Counted from the stretch's first letter, positions 1 to 9,249 are shown. The stretch: 64,000 nt of DNA from an uncultured Chloroflexia bacterium (GCA_963825905.1 CAWGUL010000007.1:530015-594014); one strand, 5' to 3'. Notes: generated by a model from the sequence alone, not told the origin. Made by a program: numbers and translations.

Positions 1-121
1 GCGAGCGTCTGGTTCGGGCCGCCGATCCACCTCTGACGAGAAGTTCGGGAGCTGCACCTGCCAATCCGTGGGCTAGCGCCCCAACATCCCCTTCAGGTGC
101 GTGCCCGGCTCGACTCAGGTG

Positions 122-832
122 CTACAACTTTGAAGCGACGCCTGCGCGTGATGCACCCCAGCTGACCGTCGCAGGGAGCGAGGTCCCGAGACGCCGGACC
201 ATCACAACGGTCGTGCAAGCGAGCCAGACCGCATGGAGGGGATAGGGCAGGAAAGCGGCTAGCCAGCCGTCGGCGGCGAGGGGGCCAGACGTGAGGACGA
301 GACCGAAGACTGGCAGCAGCTGTGCGGCGGCAGAGGCAAGCGAAAGGCCCGCCAGCCAGGTCGGGAAGACCCCGGTCCGGAATGACAGTACGACCACCGC
401 CATCAGCATCACCGCTAGGGGCAGGTTGGCGACCGTAAAGAGTGCGTTCATTGTGCTGATCATGGCCGGCTGGCCGGCATTCTCGGCCGCAGTCGCCAAG
501 CCCGTCTGAAAGGCAAGCGCGACGAGCATCACCATCGTCGAGCCCACCCCTGTGCCGAAGGCCAACGTCGATAGCCGAGCGCTGCCGCCCTCGGCTCGCA
601 TGAGGAAGCTGCGCAGGCTCGCCACAAACCACAAGAAGAATCCCGATCCGATCACGAACAGCAGGGCCTGCGCCAGCAGAGCTGCGCGGTTATCGGTGTA
701 ATGCGCCGCGATCTTGGTGATCGGATCGCTCGCGCTCAATGCCCCTCGCTCGAAAACGACCGCCGCCGCACCCACCACCAACGCCCCGAACCCACTGGCG
801 GCTCCCCATCGTTCCCATTTCGTGTCGTTCAT
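122..832 (-). CDS. multi-pass integral membrane protein, unknown function
   Basis: 236-codon ORF from the ATG at 832, inside track ORF 122..1135. Hydrophobic helices run throughout (FLWFVASL, LPLAVMLMAVVVLSF, LLPVFGLVL). The Arg/Pro-rich 5-prime extension of the track ORF looks non-coding. Confidence 0.6.
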   Translation of the reverse strand: MNDTKWERWGAASGFGALVVGAAAVVFERGALSASDPITKIAAHYTDNRAALLAQALLFVIGSGFFLWFVASLRSFLMRAEGGSARLSTLAFGTGVGSTMVMLVALAFQTGLATAAENAGQPAMISTMNALFTVANLPLAVMLMAVVVLSFRTGVFPTWLAGLSLASAAAQLLPVFGLVLTSGPLAADGWLAAFLPYPLHAVWLACTTVVMVRRLGTSLPATVSWGASRAGVASKL

Positions 833-1380
833 GACCCTCTTTCCTTTGCCCCACGACCTCAGGACGAGCGGGGGCGCCGGTTCACGATTTGTCGCGCCGT
901 AATCGCCTTCCAGAGCCTCTCGCCTTGCGGGCGCGACCGGCGGTGCCGTTCGACCCTTTCGGCGATGACTTTCAGCCTCGAATGTGGCGACCGCGGCGCC
1001 GCCACGCCTACGTCTAGGTCGGGCGTGTCCCGACGTACGACGCGGCGGGTGGGCCTGCCGCAGGGCCCACGCTCCGCGCCGCCCGTCACCGGCGTACGAC
1101 ACCGGGGCGGCCCCGGGATACCCCGGAACCGCCACCGCGCCCCGGCAGAGGAACCAGGTTCATCGCCCTCGCGGACCGGTTGGTCGCGCAGCTCGCGCAT
1201 CCGCCTGGCGGCGCTGCTTAGATGGATCCTTCGCGGTGGACCCCCGGTGACGTGCGCGATCAGCCACGATCGTCGGCCTCGAAGGCGTCGCCCAATTGCG
1301 CCGGCACAGGCGGACGGCGGCCTAGGACGATGGCTGCCGCCTCACGACGCACGAGCTCATCGCTGACGGCGGAGCGCGCT

Positions 1381-2127
1381 TCAGCAGCGAATGGAGTCCA
1401 CCTTCTCCACCTCGACGCGGTCAGCGGCAATGACTGTGACCTTCAGGAACGCCTCGCCTTCGGGAAGGCCGGCGAATTCCTCGGACCGGAAGACCTCGCG
1501 GTACTGGCCAGTCGACTGTCCGAGCGGACCCCGATCGGTCAAGCCGAATGAGAAGGGCAGGCTGACCAGTTGGTATGCGCAGCCTCCCTTGGAGCCGGCT
1601 GGCAACAAAGAGCCGCTGGCGCTGCCCGCACTCACGACATGAAAGTTGAAGTCGCTGGCCGAGACATTGCTGACCGTCGTGTGCAGCTTGAGCGTCCGCT
1701 GTTGAGCCGCCTCGAGCGGCCCGCAGACATAGAGCTTGGCGAACACCGCTTGCTCCGGCGTCCCGGGTCGTCCCATGACCCCCCCGAGGCAGACCAGATG
1801 GAGCGGCGGGCGATCGACGAAATTCAGCACGATCCCGCCTCCTTCGGGCCACGTCAACGGCGGGCAGGGCCCCTCGCATTGGTCGGCAGGCCACTGGAAG
1901 GGCTCGGTCTCGATCCCCGTCACCCGGCTCTCAGGAGGCGCCTCCCGCACCGCCTGGGCGAATATTAGGTCACAGATCTCCGTCGGGACGTCCCCGCATC
2001 GCTGCGGCGCTGAGGACGGGCTCCGAGGCGCCAACGACGGGCTATCCGATCCGGCACGGGCGCAGCCGACCAGGATCACAGTCAGCAGGGCACCGCGAAC
2101 GCAAGCCCGTTGCATTTTCCCACCCAT
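1381..2127 (-). CDS. putative secreted lipoprotein, unknown function
   Basis: Signal peptide with lipobox (LLTVILVGC) followed by a Cys-containing soluble domain. No family recognised. Confidence 0.55.
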   Translation of the reverse strand: MGGKMQRACVRGALLTVILVGCARAGSDSPSLAPRSPSSAPQRCGDVPTEICDLIFAQAVREAPPESRVTGIETEPFQWPADQCEGPCPPLTWPEGGGIVLNFVDRPPLHLVCLGGVMGRPGTPEQAVFAKLYVCGPLEAAQQRTLKLHTTVSNVSASDFNFHVVSAGSASGSLLPAGSKGGCAYQLVSLPFSFGLTDRGPLGQSTGQYREVFRSEEFAGLPEGEAFLKVTVIAADRVEVEKVDSIRC

Positions 2128-2274
2128 GTCGGTCTCCTCCCATCACGACCGCCCGATGCCACGCGCGCAGCCCCGGTAGCGTACGCCTTCGTTGAGCAGC
2201 CGGGAAAGGTGTGCAGACCTTGGACGCTGTGGGTTTCGAGGACCACAGTGCGATTTCGGCGCTACGATGCAGAT

Positions 2275-2568
2275 GTGAACATCCGTTCGATAATCCGCCC
2301 CGCGTGCAGCCGGGAGCCATCCGAAGCGCAATGGGAAGCGCTCGAGGCGGCACTCGAGCGGCTGACCCACGGAGCCACCGCCGACCCGGCGGAATCCGTC
2401 GTCCGCAGCGCGGTCGGGGCCATCGAGGTCGCCAGGTGGCAGGGCGCTTCAAGCTGGCGCCCGTTCAGCCGCCGGCCAGCCCGTCGCCGAGCCGCTACGT
2501 ATTCCGCCGTCATGCCGGCGCTCGAGCGGGATGCCGCGGACCGCATGAACGCGATTCTCACCAGTTGA
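2275..2568 (+). CDS. hypothetical small protein
   Basis: GTG at 2275 inside track ORF 2110..2568. Helical acidic sequence (SEAQWEALEAALERL). The start, and whether the gene is real, are uncertain. Confidence 0.3.
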   Translation: MNIRSIIRPACSREPSEAQWEALEAALERLTHGATADPAESVVRSAVGAIEVARWQGASSWRPFSRRPARRRAATYSAVMPALERDAADRMNAILTS

Positions 2569-2806
2569 AGGACGGCGAGCCGAACGACTTCGACCGCCAG
2601 GACCGGGTGTTCGCATGGCCGATGCGAATCATCCTCGCGACGGGCGGATGCCTCGGTGCGGTCGTTATTGGGACCGATCTTCCTGCCCCTGCTCTACCTG
2701 CTCTGGCGCCTGGTCTCTGCATGAGTAGGCACCATTTAGGCACAATATGGACCGATGGCCCGGTCCGGCAGAACGCCGAATCGGGCCATTTCACGCTTGG
2801 AGAAAG

Positions 2807-2880
2807 TGGAGGCGACGAGGGGAATTGAACCCCTGTACGCGGTTTTGCAGACCGCTCCCTAGCCACTCGGGCACGTCGCC
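2807..2880 (-). tRNA. tRNA-Cys (GCA)
   Basis: Cloverleaf read on the minus strand: acceptor GGCGACG/CGTCGCC, anticodon stem GCGGT/ACCGC with loop CTGCAAA, T-arm AGGGG-TTCAATT-CCCCT, encoded CCA. 74 nt. Confidence 0.92.
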
Positions 2881-2894
2881 ATCGGCCACTGCGC

Positions 2895-2968
2895 TGGCTG
2901 CCCCGCGAGGATTCGAACCTCGGTAAACGGATCCAAAGTCCGCTGTCCTACCACTAGACGACGGGGCA
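2895..2968 (-). tRNA. tRNA-Gln (TTG)
   Basis: Minus strand: acceptor TGCCCCG/CGGGGCA, anticodon loop CTTTGGA, T-loop GGTTCGAATCC, encoded CCA. 74 nt. Confidence 0.9.
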
Positions 2969-3027
2969 CCGATGCGCCCCGAGGCTAGCAGGTCAGCGGC
3001 GCTCGAAGGTCACGCCGCGCATAAAAA

Positions 3028-3103
3028 TGGAGCGGAAGACGGGACTCGAACCCGCGACCCTCACCTTGGCAAGGTGATGCTCTACCAACTGAGCCACTTC
3101 CGC
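3028..3103 (-). tRNA. tRNA-Gly (GCC)
   Basis: Minus strand: GCGGAAGTGGCTCAGTTGGTAGAGC..., anticodon stem TCACC/GGTGA with loop TTGCCAA, T-loop GGTTCGAGTCC, encoded CCA. 76 nt. Confidence 0.93.
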
Positions 3104-3138
3104 CCGGATCGAATGTGCCCGACCGATGCAACGCTGAC

Positions 3139-3214
3139 TGGTGCCGAGGGTCAGATTCGAACTGACGACACCCGCCTCTTCAGGGCGGTGCTCTACCAAC
3201 TGAGCTACCTCGGC
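3139..3214 (-). tRNA. tRNA-Phe (GAA)
   Basis: Minus strand: GCCGAGGTAGCTCAGTTGGTAGAGC..., anticodon stem CCGCC/GGCGG with loop CTGAAGA, T-loop AGTTCGAATCT, encoded CCA. 76 nt. Confidence 0.93.
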
Positions 3215-3345
3215 GCCGAACGCTGAGGCTGACTCAGCACTCCGTCTGCGCAGTTCGCATCGGGCACCGCCGAGGATACCGATGCTCACCGTCCCGTGCA
3301 AGCGCCGGCCGCGTCCTCAGGTGCCCGTCATTCATGCGATCAGTG

Positions 3346-3795
3346 CTAGAAGTAGTCGATTCCATCGATGGCGCACACGTGGAATCGACCACCGATCACG
3401 GTCCCAGCGATTTCGATCGTGTCCCCGGTCCGGATGGTTTTCCCATCAGTGGTCAAGATCAGGATCGAATGACCATCCGCAGTCCCAATGAATCCGAAAG
3501 GCCATACCACCGGCGGAAAGCCACCCGGGAATGCAGGTGTCGTGGAGTTGACCGTCACGTACAGCTGCTCACCGTCGCGAGCTGTGGCCAAGGTGGCCAC
3601 GAACGGTCCGATAGGGGCGCAACCGCCACTCGCGCCGCGGTCTGACTGCTCCGTTTCGATCAGGGGCACAGGCACGCCCGACTTGGTGTTCGCGGCGCTC
3701 GGCGACGCGGGTGGTGCCCCGCAACCCACAACCGCAACAACGATGGCGGCTGCCAGCAGCGTCGATCTAGCAGTAGTTGCCGCAGTTCGACACAT
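3346..3795 (-). CDS. putative lipoprotein, unknown function
   Basis: Signal peptide plus lipobox (AIVVAVVGC) and a beta-rich C-terminal part. Overlaps the 3-prime end of the upstream protease gene by 29 nt. Confidence 0.55.
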   Translation of the reverse strand: MCRTAATTARSTLLAAAIVVAVVGCGAPPASPSAANTKSGVPVPLIETEQSDRGASGGCAPIGPFVATLATARDGEQLYVTVNSTTPAFPGGFPPVVWPFGFIGTADGHSILILTTDGKTIRTGDTIEIAGTVIGGRFHVCAIDGIDYF

Positions 3796-4849
3796 TCACC
3801 CAACCGCCCGTCCTGGTCTGCACGTAGTGGGTGTGACTGTAGACTGCGTTGTTGAATTGGTTGTAGCCGGATTGAATACCCTTGGCAGTACTGCTCCAAA
3901 ACACGGCGCCACCGCTGTCGCCGACCTGCCAGGCATAATTCGCAGTGAGCTGGCCGTACAAGAGAACCCCGCCTCCGTAGTTGATCGTAAAGTCATCGTC
4001 CACGATGATGCCGCATCTGACCGGTTCTGCTTTGCGAGCCGACAGCCAAACGCAGTCGCCGGGGTTGTCGTCCGGGACGTAATCGTCGCGTTGCAGCATG
4101 ATATTCACACTTGTTGATGTCCGATACACCCAACGACTTATGTCGGCGGCGGCGATTGGCCCCACGAGCGCGGCATCCGCATAACTTCCGTTGTAGAACG
4201 AATCGACCTGCATTGTCCCGATCGACTTGCCGTCGTGGGTCCAGGCTCATCCTACGTCGGCACAGTGTCCAGCGGTCATCAGGTAGTACGTCGTCGAAAC
4301 ATACCCGACAAAGGCCATCGAGCACCCCCAAGGCGATCCGAGAATACCCGCCCGCCACGGAGGACCCTTGCACGTCGATCGCGTAGTACACGCAGTGAGG
4401 CCACCGCCTGTGACAGCGTAGACCTCGAGGGGCCCAACAAAATGCGCGCGGATTGCATCCTCAATCGCGGGTGTCAAACGACGTACCCCGACTCGGACGA
4501 GATTATGCTCCAGATCCAGTCCCAACTCGGCGAGGTCGACGCCCCGTGCAGTGAAATAGTCGTATCTGGCTTCTTCGATCGCATCACGGGTGGCTACGAG
4601 CTCCCGCCGTGAATGGGTCACTCGATCGAATTGGATTATCGCACCCTCGGGAGCGAGCTTTGCCACGTCGACCTCGTACGGATTCGCATCACCCGCGAAC
4701 GCAATATGCAGAATTCCGCCGCCAGGCTGGTCGGTCCATAGTCCCGCGAAAGTGGGCGTGGTCAGAAGGGTCTCTTGCGCGCCGCGGTCCCGACCACAAC
4801 CGCCATGATCAGCACAAGCAGACTGAACCACGCGGGCAGCGCCGCCCAT
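3767..4849 (-). pseudogene. streptogrisin / alpha-lytic-type S1 serine protease with pro-region, interrupted by one in-frame TGA (4247..4249)
   Basis: Track ORFs 4247..4849 and 3767..4213 are in the same frame. The 11 codons between them (AWTHDGKSIGT) are open. His motif TAGHC lies upstream of the stop; Asp (YADAALV) and Ser (GDSGGAV) motifs lie downstream. No signal peptide is visible at the annotated start. Confidence 0.75.
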
Positions 4850-5271
4850 TGGCGCGGACCCGTACTGGTGTCGGGCGTGGTCGTGGAGCCGATGGTTTCA
4901 CGGTTCACGGCGGCCGCATAGACGGCTGGATCCTCTGCGTAATCAGCTGCTGCGGAAAGTTCCATGCCGCGAGCGACCGAGACGCCGTACACGACAGCGT
5001 CCGACGTGTCGTCAGCCGTGCCGTCCGGGTCCAGCAGATCACGCACCGCGTGGAACTGGAAGAGGACCGTTCCCCCGCCGTGCCGTGCGACCACATCAGC
5101 GATCGTGTCGCGGGAGTCCGCACGCAGGATCACCAGGATCTCCGAGCACGCGTATTGGGGGGTTGAGCCGCAGAGCCCAGCATGGTTGGCAACGGCGCGC
5201 CCTGGTCCGAGGCCAATGAGAAGGGCAGCCAATGCGGACCCGATTGCCGCTCGGACACCGAGCGATCTCAT
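4762..5271 (-). CDS. secreted protein with inhibitor-I9 (subtilisin-propeptide)-like fold and a C-terminal membrane anchor
   Basis: N-terminal signal peptide. Core EILVILRADSRDTIADVVARHGGG...AVYAAAVN resembles protease propeptide/inhibitor domains. A Thr-rich linker is followed by a hydrophobic helix plus RKR tail. Confidence 0.5.
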   Translation of the reverse strand: MRSLGVRAAIGSALAALLIGLGPGRAVANHAGLCGSTPQYACSEILVILRADSRDTIADVVARHGGGTVLFQFHAVRDLLDPDGTADDTSDAVVYGVSVARGMELSAAADYAEDPAVYAAAVNRETIGSTTTPDTSTGPRQWAALPAWFSLLVLIMAVVVGTAARKRPF

Positions 5272-5281
5272 CGCGACCCCT

Positions 5282-5841
5282 TTACTGACAGGAAACGATG
5301 CAGACGGAGATGTCGAGCTCAGACGTCACGTTGGCGATATGACCATAGATCCCTCGGCCCGCAGTGTTGATGCTCGACTGAATGCCCATCGCTATGGAAC
5401 CGGACCGATAGACCGCTCCTCCGGAGTCGCCGATCGCCACCCCGTAGGTCCCTGACCGCTGATGCAAGAGGACGGTGTACTCATCGGGCTGCTGGCAAGC
5501 AGTGCCGGCGACGCAAGCGTTAAACGATAGGCCCCACCGAATCCTGGGCGCGCCGCTAAGTACCGGTTCAAGGGACCCAGTCGATCCTCGATCGCGTCGC
5601 GGCGAGCCATCTCGGCCGCCTCTGCAGGGAGCAGTGCAACGCCCCAATCCCAATTCGCATTTTGATCACTTTCCGCCGCCTGAATGACGGCGGGGTCAGC
5701 CGCGAAGCCGAATTCCGCGCGGAAGCGCGCTGCGTCGATTAGCGTTGCCGGGTCAAGACGCGCGGCAGTGCCGGTGGTGGTCGCTAAGATCAGCGAGACC
5801 GCCATAAGCGCCGCAACCGGCCGCGTTCTCCCTCCGCGCAT
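5282..5841 (-). pseudogene. truncated S1 protease paralogue (pro-region plus C-terminal half only, frameshifted)
   Basis: Signal peptide and pro-region are in the frame of track ORF 5392..6294, from the ATG at 5841. The Ser-nucleophile half (GDSGGAVYRSG...) is in the frame of 5282..5653. No TAGHC His motif or Asp region is present. Confidence 0.55.
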
Positions 5842-5872
5842 CCCAAGACGGTAGGCGCCTCCGTCCGGGGCG

Positions 5873-6877
5873 TCAATAGGGATTTGTCGGTGTTGCTGAA
5901 ACCGGCTCGCGAAGACGCATCTGGCCCGCGATCCGCTCGAGGGTCGCGATGCGCTCGGCGATGGGCGGATGGGTGTCCCAGAGCGACGAGGCGCGCTTCT
6001 CGAACGGCTTGATGGGGTTGACGATGTAGAGGTGCTGGGTGGCGCGGTTCGCGACCTCGAGCACCTCCGGATCGGCGGAGATGCGCTCGAGCGCGCGGGC
6101 CAGGCCGACCGGGTTGCGGGTGAGGTCGACGGCGCTGACGTCGGCGAGCGACTCGCGGGAGCGGCTGACCGCCAGCTGCACCATGCGGCCGATGATCGGC
6201 GCGACGATGGCGAGGATGAGCGCGGCGACCATGAGGATCGCGGCCGCTCCCCCGCCGCCACCGCGATCGTTGTCGCGACCCCGTCGCCCGCCACCCCAGA
6301 ACGTGAAGCGCAGGAACCAGTCGGAGAGCAGCGCGATGCTCCCGACGAGCACGCCGACGAGCAGCGTGAAGCGGATGTCGTAGTTGCCGACGTGGCTCAT
6401 CTCGTGGCCGATGACGCCCTGAAGCTCCTCGCGGTCGAGCTTCTCGAGCAGGCCGGTCGTGGCGGCGATCGACGCATGCTTCGGGTCGCGCCCGGTGGCG
6501 AAAGCGTTCGGTGCCGAGTCGTTGAATGACGTAGACGCGCGGCATCGGCAGGCCGGAGGCGAGGCTCATCTCGCGCACGACGTTGACGAGCTGCTTGTAC
6601 CTCGTCGGGCGGCGCGTTCGACGTCCACCTCCCGGGCGCCGGAGCTGGCGAGCACGAGTGCGTCGCCCGCGAAGTAGGAGCCGACGCTCATGAGCGACGC
6701 GACGACAACCGCGACGACCACTCCGCCCCAGCCGAAGCCGGTCGCGTAGCCGATCGCGCCGCCGAGGGCGCCGAGCACGACGACGACGATCGCCACGAGC
6801 AGGATGGAGCTGCGCCGGTTGTGGTCGATCTCCCGGAAGAAGGTCGTCGGCCGCACCGGCGCCGCCGGCTGGGTCAT
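5873..6877 (-). pseudogene. htpX: M48 zinc metalloprotease HtpX, two compensating frameshifts
   Basis: The N-terminal TM part (6566..6877) and the C-terminal part (5873..6400) share one frame. The segment REMSLASGLPMPRVYVIQ lies in another frame (about 6519-6600). HEXXH reads GHEMSH. Confidence 0.8.
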
Positions 6878-6905
6878 CGGTCCGGACCGATGCGGGGCAC
6901 GCGGA

Positions 6906-7478
6906 TCAGCTGCGGAGGTTCACCTCGGGGACGGCGGTGTCCGCCTCCTCGATCTGGAAGTAGTCGCGCTCGCGGAAGCCGAGCATGCCAGCCAGGATGA
7001 CGTTCGGGAACGTCTGGATGCTGGTGTTGAACTCGCGGACGGTGCTGTTGTAGTGCTGTCGGGAGAAACCGATCTGGTTCTCGGTCGTCGTCAGCTCCTC
7101 CTGGAGCTGGAGCACGTTCTGGTTGGCCTTCAGGTCGGGATAGTTCTCGACCAGCGCGAACAGCTGGCGCAGGGCCCCGGTGAGGATGCCCTCCGCCTGG
7201 GCCGATTGACCGGCCGCCGCGGGACCCGCCTGCTGCGCGCTCACGGCCGCGTTGCGGGCCTCGATGACCTTCGTCAGGGTCTCCTGCTCGAAGTCCATGT
7301 AGCCCTTCACGGCGTTGACGAGGTTCGGGATCAGGTCGTGCCGCCGCTTCAGCTGCACGCTGATCTGGTTCCATGCCTCGTCGACCATGTTGCGCAGGCG
7401 GACCAGGCCGTTGTAGGTGAAGATCAGGAAGATCGCGATGACCGCGATGACGATCAGGACGATCCAGAGTGGGTTCAT
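6906..7478 (-). CDS. lemA: LemA family membrane protein
   Basis: Intact 190 aa: N-terminal TM helix then YNGLVRLRNMVDEAWNQISVQLKRRHDLIPNLV, typical of LemA. Lies directly upstream of htpX, a common pairing. Confidence 0.9.
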   Translation of the reverse strand: MNPLWIVLIVIAVIAIFLIFTYNGLVRLRNMVDEAWNQISVQLKRRHDLIPNLVNAVKGYMDFEQETLTKVIEARNAAVSAQQAGPAAAGQSAQAEGILTGALRQLFALVENYPDLKANQNVLQLQEELTTTENQIGFSRQHYNSTVREFNTSIQTFPNVILAGMLGFRERDYFQIEEADTAVPEVNLRS

Positions 7479-7714
7479 GGGTGCTCAGGCGCCCTCCGTG
7501 GTGCCGATATGCGGCCGGCAGCGTTCGTGCCGCTCCGTGCTCGCATCGTAGCAGGCGCCACGTTGGGGAGGGCGAGGCTCGCTGAGTGCCACTCGCCCGC
7601 CGCGGCCGGGAGATGACAAGACCGAGCGGTCTGGCTAAAGCCCGCTCGGCCTCTGCCCGAACCCTGGAGTTCCCCAGGAGAACGGTATGGCTTCATGGTA
7701 TCGCAGGTGCGCGT

Positions 7715-7791
7715 TGGTGGGCGGCGAGGGACTCGAACCCCCGACCCCCTCGGTGTAAACGAGGTGCTCTGACCAGCTGAGCTAGCCGCCC
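7715..7791 (-). tRNA. tRNA-Val (TAC)
   Basis: Minus strand: GGGCGGCTAGCTCAGCTGGTCAGAGC..., anticodon stem CCTCG/CGAGG with loop TTTACAC, T-loop GGTTCGAGTCC, encoded CCA. 77 nt. Confidence 0.92.
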
Positions 7792-7852
7792 ATTCCGGCG
7801 TCGAGCGTAGCATGCCGGCTCGACCACTCAACCGAACTGTGAGGAGATCATC

Positions 7853-8614
7853 GTGGCCTATCGCGGCATGACCTGCGAGCTGGTGACCGTCGCCGGACAT
7901 GGCGGCGACGCGATCGAGTCCTACGTTGCCAGACCATCTGACCCCGGCACGCATCCGGGTGTCGTCGTCATCCACCACATGCCGGGCTGGGACGAGTGGT
8001 CGCTCGAGGTGACCCGCCGCTTCGCGCATCACGGCTATGACGCCATCAGCCCCCATCTGTTCGCCCGCTACGGTCCCGGCGACCCGGACGATGTCGCGGC
8101 GGCGGCTCGCGCCGCGGGCGGGGCGACCGATGAGCAGGTCATGGGCGACATCGCGGGTGCCGCGGCCTTTCTCCGCGCGCAGCCCGGCGCGAGCAGCAGG
8201 GTGGGCGTCATCGGTTTCTGCTCCGGGGGCCGCCAGGCGTACCTCGCCGCATGCCTCGTGCCCGGCATCGACGCCGCGGTCGACTGCTGGGGCGGCAACG
8301 TCGCCGTGGACGACCCGTCGTCGCTGAGCGCCGCCCAGCCGGTGGCGCCGATCGACCTGACCGATCGGATGGCCGCCCCCCTGCTCGGCCTGTTCGGCAA
8401 CGACGACCGCAACCCGACCTCCGCCCAGGTCGACCGCACCGAGGCGGAGCTGAAGCGGCACGGCAAGGCGTACGAGTTCCATCGGTACGACGGCGCGGGG
8501 CATGCCTTCTTCAACTGGGAGCGGCCGGCCGCCTACCGCGGCGAGCAGGCGCAGGACGGCTGGCGCCACGTGTTCGCGTTCTTCGAGCGCCACCTCGGCA
8601 CGCCGGCGGACTGA
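7853..8614 (+). CDS. dienelactone hydrolase family protein
   Basis: Intact 253 aa with nucleophile motif GFCSGG and C-terminal GAGHAF. GGAGG-like RBS (gaggag) upstream of the GTG start. Confidence 0.85.
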   Translation: MAYRGMTCELVTVAGHGGDAIESYVARPSDPGTHPGVVVIHHMPGWDEWSLEVTRRFAHHGYDAISPHLFARYGPGDPDDVAAAARAAGGATDEQVMGDIAGAAAFLRAQPGASSRVGVIGFCSGGRQAYLAACLVPGIDAAVDCWGGNVAVDDPSSLSAAQPVAPIDLTDRMAAPLLGLFGNDDRNPTSAQVDRTEAELKRHGKAYEFHRYDGAGHAFFNWERPAAYRGEQAQDGWRHVFAFFERHLGTPAD

Positions 8615-8617
8615 CCG

Positions 8618-8869
8618 ATGTGCACGAACGTCACCCACCGCCTGCCGATCGCGGGCAGCGCGAAGGGCTCGAGCGGCTGGTTCGCCGTCGACACGGCGCG
8701 GGTCTACCTGGATCACCCGTTCCACGCGCCGTTCGATCACACGCTGAACATCGACCTCGTGAACGAGGCGGCGGGCGCGCCGGCGCGGGTCGCGGTCGAG
8801 CTGAGTCCGGCATCGGCACGGGAGCTGATGCGCCTCATCGACGCTGCGCTCGCCATCGCCCCGGAATAG
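8618..8869 (+). CDS. small conserved hypothetical protein (resembles actinobacterial DUF6295-type proteins from memory)
   Basis: 83 aa starting MCTNVTH..., 3 nt after the hydrolase stop. The family assignment is from recollection only. Confidence 0.55.
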   Translation: MCTNVTHRLPIAGSAKGSSGWFAVDTARVYLDHPFHAPFDHTLNIDLVNEAAGAPARVAVELSPASARELMRLIDAALAIAPE

Positions 8870-8875
8870 CGCGTC

Positions 8876-8894
8876 GCGTGCACCCCGTGCACGC
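8876..8894 (+). terminator. GC hairpin just after the small-protein stop codon
   Basis: GCGTGCAC-CCC-GTGCACGC, an 8-bp stem starting 7 nt after the TAG at 8867. No T-tract follows. Confidence 0.35.
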
Positions 8895-9021
8895 ATCGGC
8901 CGACAACGGGCGCAACTGCCCGCCTGGTTGGCCGCGACGTGCACTCGATGCACGGCACGACCAGGCTGAACCTCTGCCGTGGCCGTTCCGTGCAGGCGGT
9001 GCAAACCCGGCGGACGCGGAA

Positions 9022-9048
9022 ACGCCGCTCGGCTGGAGCGAGCGGCGT
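9022..9048 (-). terminator. hairpin downstream of the tRNA-Leu pair
   Basis: ACGCCGCTCG-7 nt-CGAGCGGCGT, a perfect 10-bp stem about 25 nt past the 3-prime end of tRNA-Leu(GAG), followed by TT on the transcribed strand. Confidence 0.45.
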
Positions 9049-9072
9049 CATCGGTCAATCGAGGGTGAAAGG

Positions 9073-9157
9073 TGGTGCCCAGGCCGGGACTTGAACCCGG
9101 ATGAGTTGCCTCATACGCCCCTCAAACGTACGCGTATACCAATTCCGCCACCTGGGC
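9073..9157 (-). tRNA. tRNA-Leu (GAG)
   Basis: Minus strand: acceptor GCCCAGG/CCTGGGC, anticodon stem TACGT/GCGTA with loop TTGAGGG, long variable arm, encoded CCA. 85 nt. Confidence 0.88.
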
Positions 9158-9162
9158 ATCGG

Positions 9163-9249
9163 TGGTACCGAGGGAGGGACTTGAACCCACACGACCTTGC
9201 GGCCACTAGGTCCTGAACCTAGCGCGTCTGCCTATTCCGCCACCTCGGC
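9163..9249 (-). tRNA. tRNA-Leu (CAG)
   Basis: Minus strand: acceptor GCCGAGG/CCTCGGT, anticodon stem CTAGG/CCTAG with loop TTCAGGA, long variable arm, encoded CCA. 87 nt. Confidence 0.9.

Noticed and set aside
2558-3301. ORFs 2558..2866, 2972..3226 and 2993..3301
   Set aside because: They are translations across the tRNA-Cys, Gln, Gly and Phe genes. The tRNA cloverleaves explain this sequence.
4247-4249. The in-frame TGA in the S1 protease as selenocysteine or a reassigned codon
   Set aside because: TGA ends many genes in this window, including overlapping GTGA/ATGA junctions. There is no obvious SECIS-like hairpin just downstream, and Sec has no known role at this position in S1 proteases.
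8876-8954. Cluster of GTGCAC-containing hairpins (also at 48920) as a restriction-modification or repeat-family signal
   Set aside because: There are only a few copies, each explainable as a local hairpin. No methyltransferase or nuclease gene is nearby. I cannot test it without genome-wide counts.
7475-9058. 527-aa minus-strand ORF spanning the dienelactone hydrolase gene and its neighbour
   Set aside because: It is antisense to two well-supported plus-strand genes and runs over the tRNA-Val region. The composition is Arg/Ala/Pro-rich. This is a typical shadow ORF, produced because stop codons are rare in very GC-rich DNA.
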